From contig CAWJQQ010000002.1 of the NCBI GenBank assembly GCA_963845065.1, forward strand, positions 256,001 through 320,000: 64,000 nucleotides of DNA, read 5' to 3'. Shown here in pieces: positions 61,093-64,000 of this stretch. Position numbers and translations under genes: made by a program. Each line of letters starts with the position of its first letter. Positions within the stretch are counted from its first letter, which is position 1. Source of the stretch: Nitrospirota bacterium. GTDB taxonomy: Bacteria > Nitrospirota > UBA9217. The notes beneath the pieces were generated by a model. The model saw nothing but the letters and a program-made list of their open reading frames with translations, was not told the origin of the DNA and did no database searches.

Positions 61093-61980
61093 TTACTCAA
61101 GGAAATTGTTCACCGAAACAAACGCTCCGATCAAGCCGAGCAGACCACCACCTGCAATCATATATGCTACCACTGAAGGTGGCAGAAAGTCCAGCATCTT
61201 GAACCGTGAGAGCAAATATTCAACCTCTGGAGGCAATAAATAATAGAGCGCCGCAAGAATACCAACAGCAAGCGCAGAGCCAAGCATGGCGAGCATCATC
61301 CCTTCGATGAGGAACGGCCCCTGGATAAACCCCTTCGTGGCCCCGATCCACTGCATGAGCTCAATTTCCTGGCCGCGGGAGTATAGCGCCAGCCGGACTG
61401 AATTGGAAATGATGAATACAACGGACACTCCGAGCAGAATGGCGAGAACCGCCCCTCCGTAGCTGAGCAGTTTGTACAGACGAGAAACCATCTCCGCTCC
61501 CTGCTTGCCATAAGAGACATCCTCCACTCCTGGATAGCCGGAAATTTTCTTTGCCATTCTCTCGAGCCGATCGGCGTCTGCATAACCGCGGTCTATGGTA
61601 AGTTCGAAGGAATCGGGAAGGGGGTTATCTCCCAGTCCCTGAAGAAGCGCCTCCTGGCCCTTTAAATCTTTTTTAAACAGTGCGAGAGCATCTGTTTTGG
61701 AAAGCAATAGAACCTTTCTAACGCCTGCTTCGTCTTTGAGCCTACCCATGAGAAAATCCTTCTCATGGTCAGTGAGCCCATCCTTAAGGTAGACCGACAT
61801 ATCAAGCCGGTCTCCCATGGATTGGACCGCCGACTGGACATTGAAATAAACGATCAGGAAAAAACCCACAATAAGCATGGCCATACTGATCGTGCCCACC
61901 GCGAGAAGGTTCACCATGCTGTTCGCTCTCAACCCGCGAAATGCTTCCGCGATATAATAGAAAGGACCATATCCTCTCAC
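61093..61980 (-). CDS. ftsX: Cell division permease FtsX
   Basis: NPLP, EIELM..IGAT..FI..PFLIEG; four TM. Confidence 0.92.
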   Translation of the reverse strand: MRGYGPFYYIAEAFRGLRANSMVNLLAVGTISMAMLIVGFFLIVYFNVQSAVQSMGDRLDMSVYLKDGLTDHEKDFLMGRLKDEAGVRKVLLLSKTDALALFKKDLKGQEALLQGLGDNPLPDSFELTIDRGYADADRLERMAKKISGYPGVEDVSYGKQGAEMVSRLYKLLSYGGAVLAILLGVSVVFIISNSVRLALYSRGQEIELMQWIGATKGFIQGPFLIEGMMLAMLGSALAVGILAALYYLLPPEVEYLLSRFKMLDFLPPSVVAYMIAGGGLLGLIGAFVSVNNFLE

Positions 61981-62720
61981 TGTTTGTCCTCCAGCGGTTT
62001 TGTATCCGATGCCTGAGCGCTGGACCTTATTTCCGAGTCTGATGAGGGATGCAGTATGGGCTGTCTACCTTCCTCAAGTACTCTGCCATGTTCCATGGTA
62101 ATGATTCTGCGCTGCATCTTGCGCACCATTTCTAAGTCATGTGTAGCCACAAGCACAGTGGTACCCTTCATGTTGATATCACGGAAAAGGCTAAACATCT
62201 CTTGGGCGCTCTGTGGGTCGAGATTCCCTGTGGGTTCGTCTGCCAGCAGAACCTGGGGCTCGTTCACAAGCGCACGGGCCACGGCAACTTTCTGCTGCTC
62301 ACCTCCTGAAAGCTTCGGCGGCGTGAGATGCCTTTTCCCCTCCATGCCGACTTTTTTGAGCACGAGGAACGCACGTCGTTCTATTTCTCCGGAGGGTGTA
62401 CCCACGACCTTAAGTGCAAGTGCGATATTCTCAAATATAGTTTTATGCGCCAGGAGTTTGTAATCTTGGAATACGAAACCCATGTTTCGCCGGAGGTAGG
62501 GGATAGTCGATGGTTTGATCCGAAAGGTGTTGATGCCCTGCATGATGATCTGTCCTTCATCAGCATGCTCGGCGCAGAAAAGGATCTTGAGGAGCGTCGT
62601 CTTGCCAGCACCGCTCGGGCCGGTGACGAATACGAATTCACCCTTGTCGATGGTGAAGCTCACCTCGCATAGAGCGGGAACGCCCTCATATTTTTTTGTA
62701 ACCCGATAGAGCTGGATCAT
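61977..62720 (-). CDS. ftsE: Cell division ATPase FtsE
   Basis: GPSGAGKT, IPYLRR, VFQDY, LSGGEQQ, DEPTGNLD. Confidence 0.95.
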   Translation of the reverse strand: MIQLYRVTKKYEGVPALCEVSFTIDKGEFVFVTGPSGAGKTTLLKILFCAEHADEGQIIMQGINTFRIKPSTIPYLRRNMGFVFQDYKLLAHKTIFENIALALKVVGTPSGEIERRAFLVLKKVGMEGKRHLTPPKLSGGEQQKVAVARALVNEPQVLLADEPTGNLDPQSAQEMFSLFRDINMKGTTVLVATHDLEMVRKMQRRIITMEHGRVLEEGRQPILHPSSDSEIRSSAQASDTKPLEDKQ

Positions 62721-62858
62721 TGAAATGCAAACCCATTATTTACCACGGATTGACAAGGATCTGTGCGGATATAATTAATTCTCTGCGACTCCACCGTCTC
62801 GTGTCTAATATTGCCTGAAACAGGGTGTGCATCCGTGATATGATATGGCTTTTTTTAT

Positions 62859-62906
62859 CCTTCTGCGCCGCAAAACCCCGTTTCTTTAGGGCGGGGATAT
62901 AAGCGC
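62859..62906 (+). mobile_element. Orphan IS200/IS605 left end
   Basis: TTAT|CCTTCTGCGCCGC-AAAA-CCCCGTTTCTTTAGGGCGGGG-ATATAAGCGC. Confidence 0.6.
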
Positions 62907-62983
62907 TGGTTTAGAAGCAGTCAGAGAAATATTGTTTTAGTATTAGGTTGACAATTGTGTACTATTATAATAATCCTCGGCCT

Positions 62984-63952
62984 TCACAGCTTGTCCGACA
63001 AAGCGGTGAGGATGTCAATTTTTTTCCTTATTACTTCCTTTACCGCAGAAGAGATGTCGTTCGCAGACATGCCGTAGTGCTTCAAAAGCCCCTCCTGGTC
63101 GCCGGAGGTCCCGAACGTATCCTTCACGCCGATCCGAACGAGGGGAACGGGAGCGGACTCTGAAAGCACCTCCGCCACTGCTCCGCCCAAGCCGCCAATA
63201 ATTGAGTGCTCCTCTGCGGTGACGATGGCACCGCAATGCCTAGCCGCAGCGATAATGGCATCGGCATCGATTGGCTTGATCGTTGACATGTTGATTACGC
63301 CCGCATCAATTCCCTCGCTTTTCAGGATTTCCCGCGCCTTAAGCGCCTCGGCAACCATCAGTCCTGCTGCAATGATTGCCGCGTCCTTGCCCGTGTTGAA
63401 CACGTAGGCCTTGCCAATCTCAAACTTATAATCCTCACCGAAAAGCGTCGGCACTTTGTTCCTGCCGACACGCACGTAGCAGGGCCCCTTGTGCTCGGCC
63501 ACGGCCTCAATAGCCTGCAGCGTCTCCGGCCCGTCCGCCGGAACGATCACGGTCATGTGCGGAAGCACCCGCATCAGCGCGATGTCCTCAACGGACTGGT
63601 GTGAGCCGCCGTCCTCGCCCACGGTGATCCCGGCGTGGCTCGCCACGATCTTCACATTCAAATTGGGATAGCACACCGACTGCCGCACCTGTTCCCAGGC
63701 CCTGCCCGTGGCGAAAACCGCAAAGGTGCTTGCAAAAGGCAGCTTGCCGGCAATGGAGAGCCCCGCGGCAGTACCGATCATGTCCTGTTCAGCAATTCCG
63801 ATATTAAAAAATCTTTCCGGGTACGCCTTTGCAAATTTCCCGGTCTTGGTCGAGCCCGACAGGTCAGCATCGAGCACCACCACGTCGTTTCGCTTTTTCC
63901 CAAGGTTGACCAGCGCATCCCCGTAGGCATCTCGCGTTGCAATCTTTGTCAC
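62984..63952 (-). CDS. Transketolase C-terminal subunit
   Basis: ATRDAYG, GIAEQ, GEDGGSHQ, EEHSIIGGLG. Confidence 0.93.
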   Translation of the reverse strand: MTKIATRDAYGDALVNLGKKRNDVVVLDADLSGSTKTGKFAKAYPERFFNIGIAEQDMIGTAAGLSIAGKLPFASTFAVFATGRAWEQVRQSVCYPNLNVKIVASHAGITVGEDGGSHQSVEDIALMRVLPHMTVIVPADGPETLQAIEAVAEHKGPCYVRVGRNKVPTLFGEDYKFEIGKAYVFNTGKDAAIIAAGLMVAEALKAREILKSEGIDAGVINMSTIKPIDADAIIAAARHCGAIVTAEEHSIIGGLGGAVAEVLSESAPVPLVRIGVKDTFGTSGDQEGLLKHYGMSANDISSAVKEVIRKKIDILTALSDKL

Positions 63953-64000
63953 ATTTCCTCCCTGAATTAGAATGCAGAATGCGTATTAAGAAGTTCCATC

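Overview
Core-genome window of a diderm bacterium; gene style suggests Nitrospirota or a deltaproteobacterium-like lineage (inference only). About 8.9-42.4 kb is the minus-strand translation/transcription superlocus: four tRNAs, tuf, rpmG, tRNA-Trp, secE-nusG-rplKAJL-rpoBC, then the str, S10, spc and alpha operons. It is flanked by folD, a porin, a sensor kinase with an HD-GYP regulator, rlmB-cysS, hemE-hemH-hemY, a pseudo-receiver/PilZ gene, an AcuC-like deacetylase, groES-groEL with a perfect CIRCE box, ftsE-ftsX-envC-ctpA and a transketolase subunit. The non-routine content is intergenic. It holds one intact tnpB-only IS200/IS605 element, two decayed tnpB 3' remnants, two internally deleted elements retaining omega-RNA-like right ends, several 45-50 bp left/right-end fusion solo hairpins (one nested in another) and an ORF-less, degenerate group II intron. 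The most striking observation is that two independent IS605-type insertions sit exactly on the stop codon of a convergent gene. The TTAN target reads NTAA on the gene strand and the TCAN right end reads NTGA, so insertion swaps TAA for TGA and leaves the protein unchanged. No CRISPR array, rRNA or prophage was seen.
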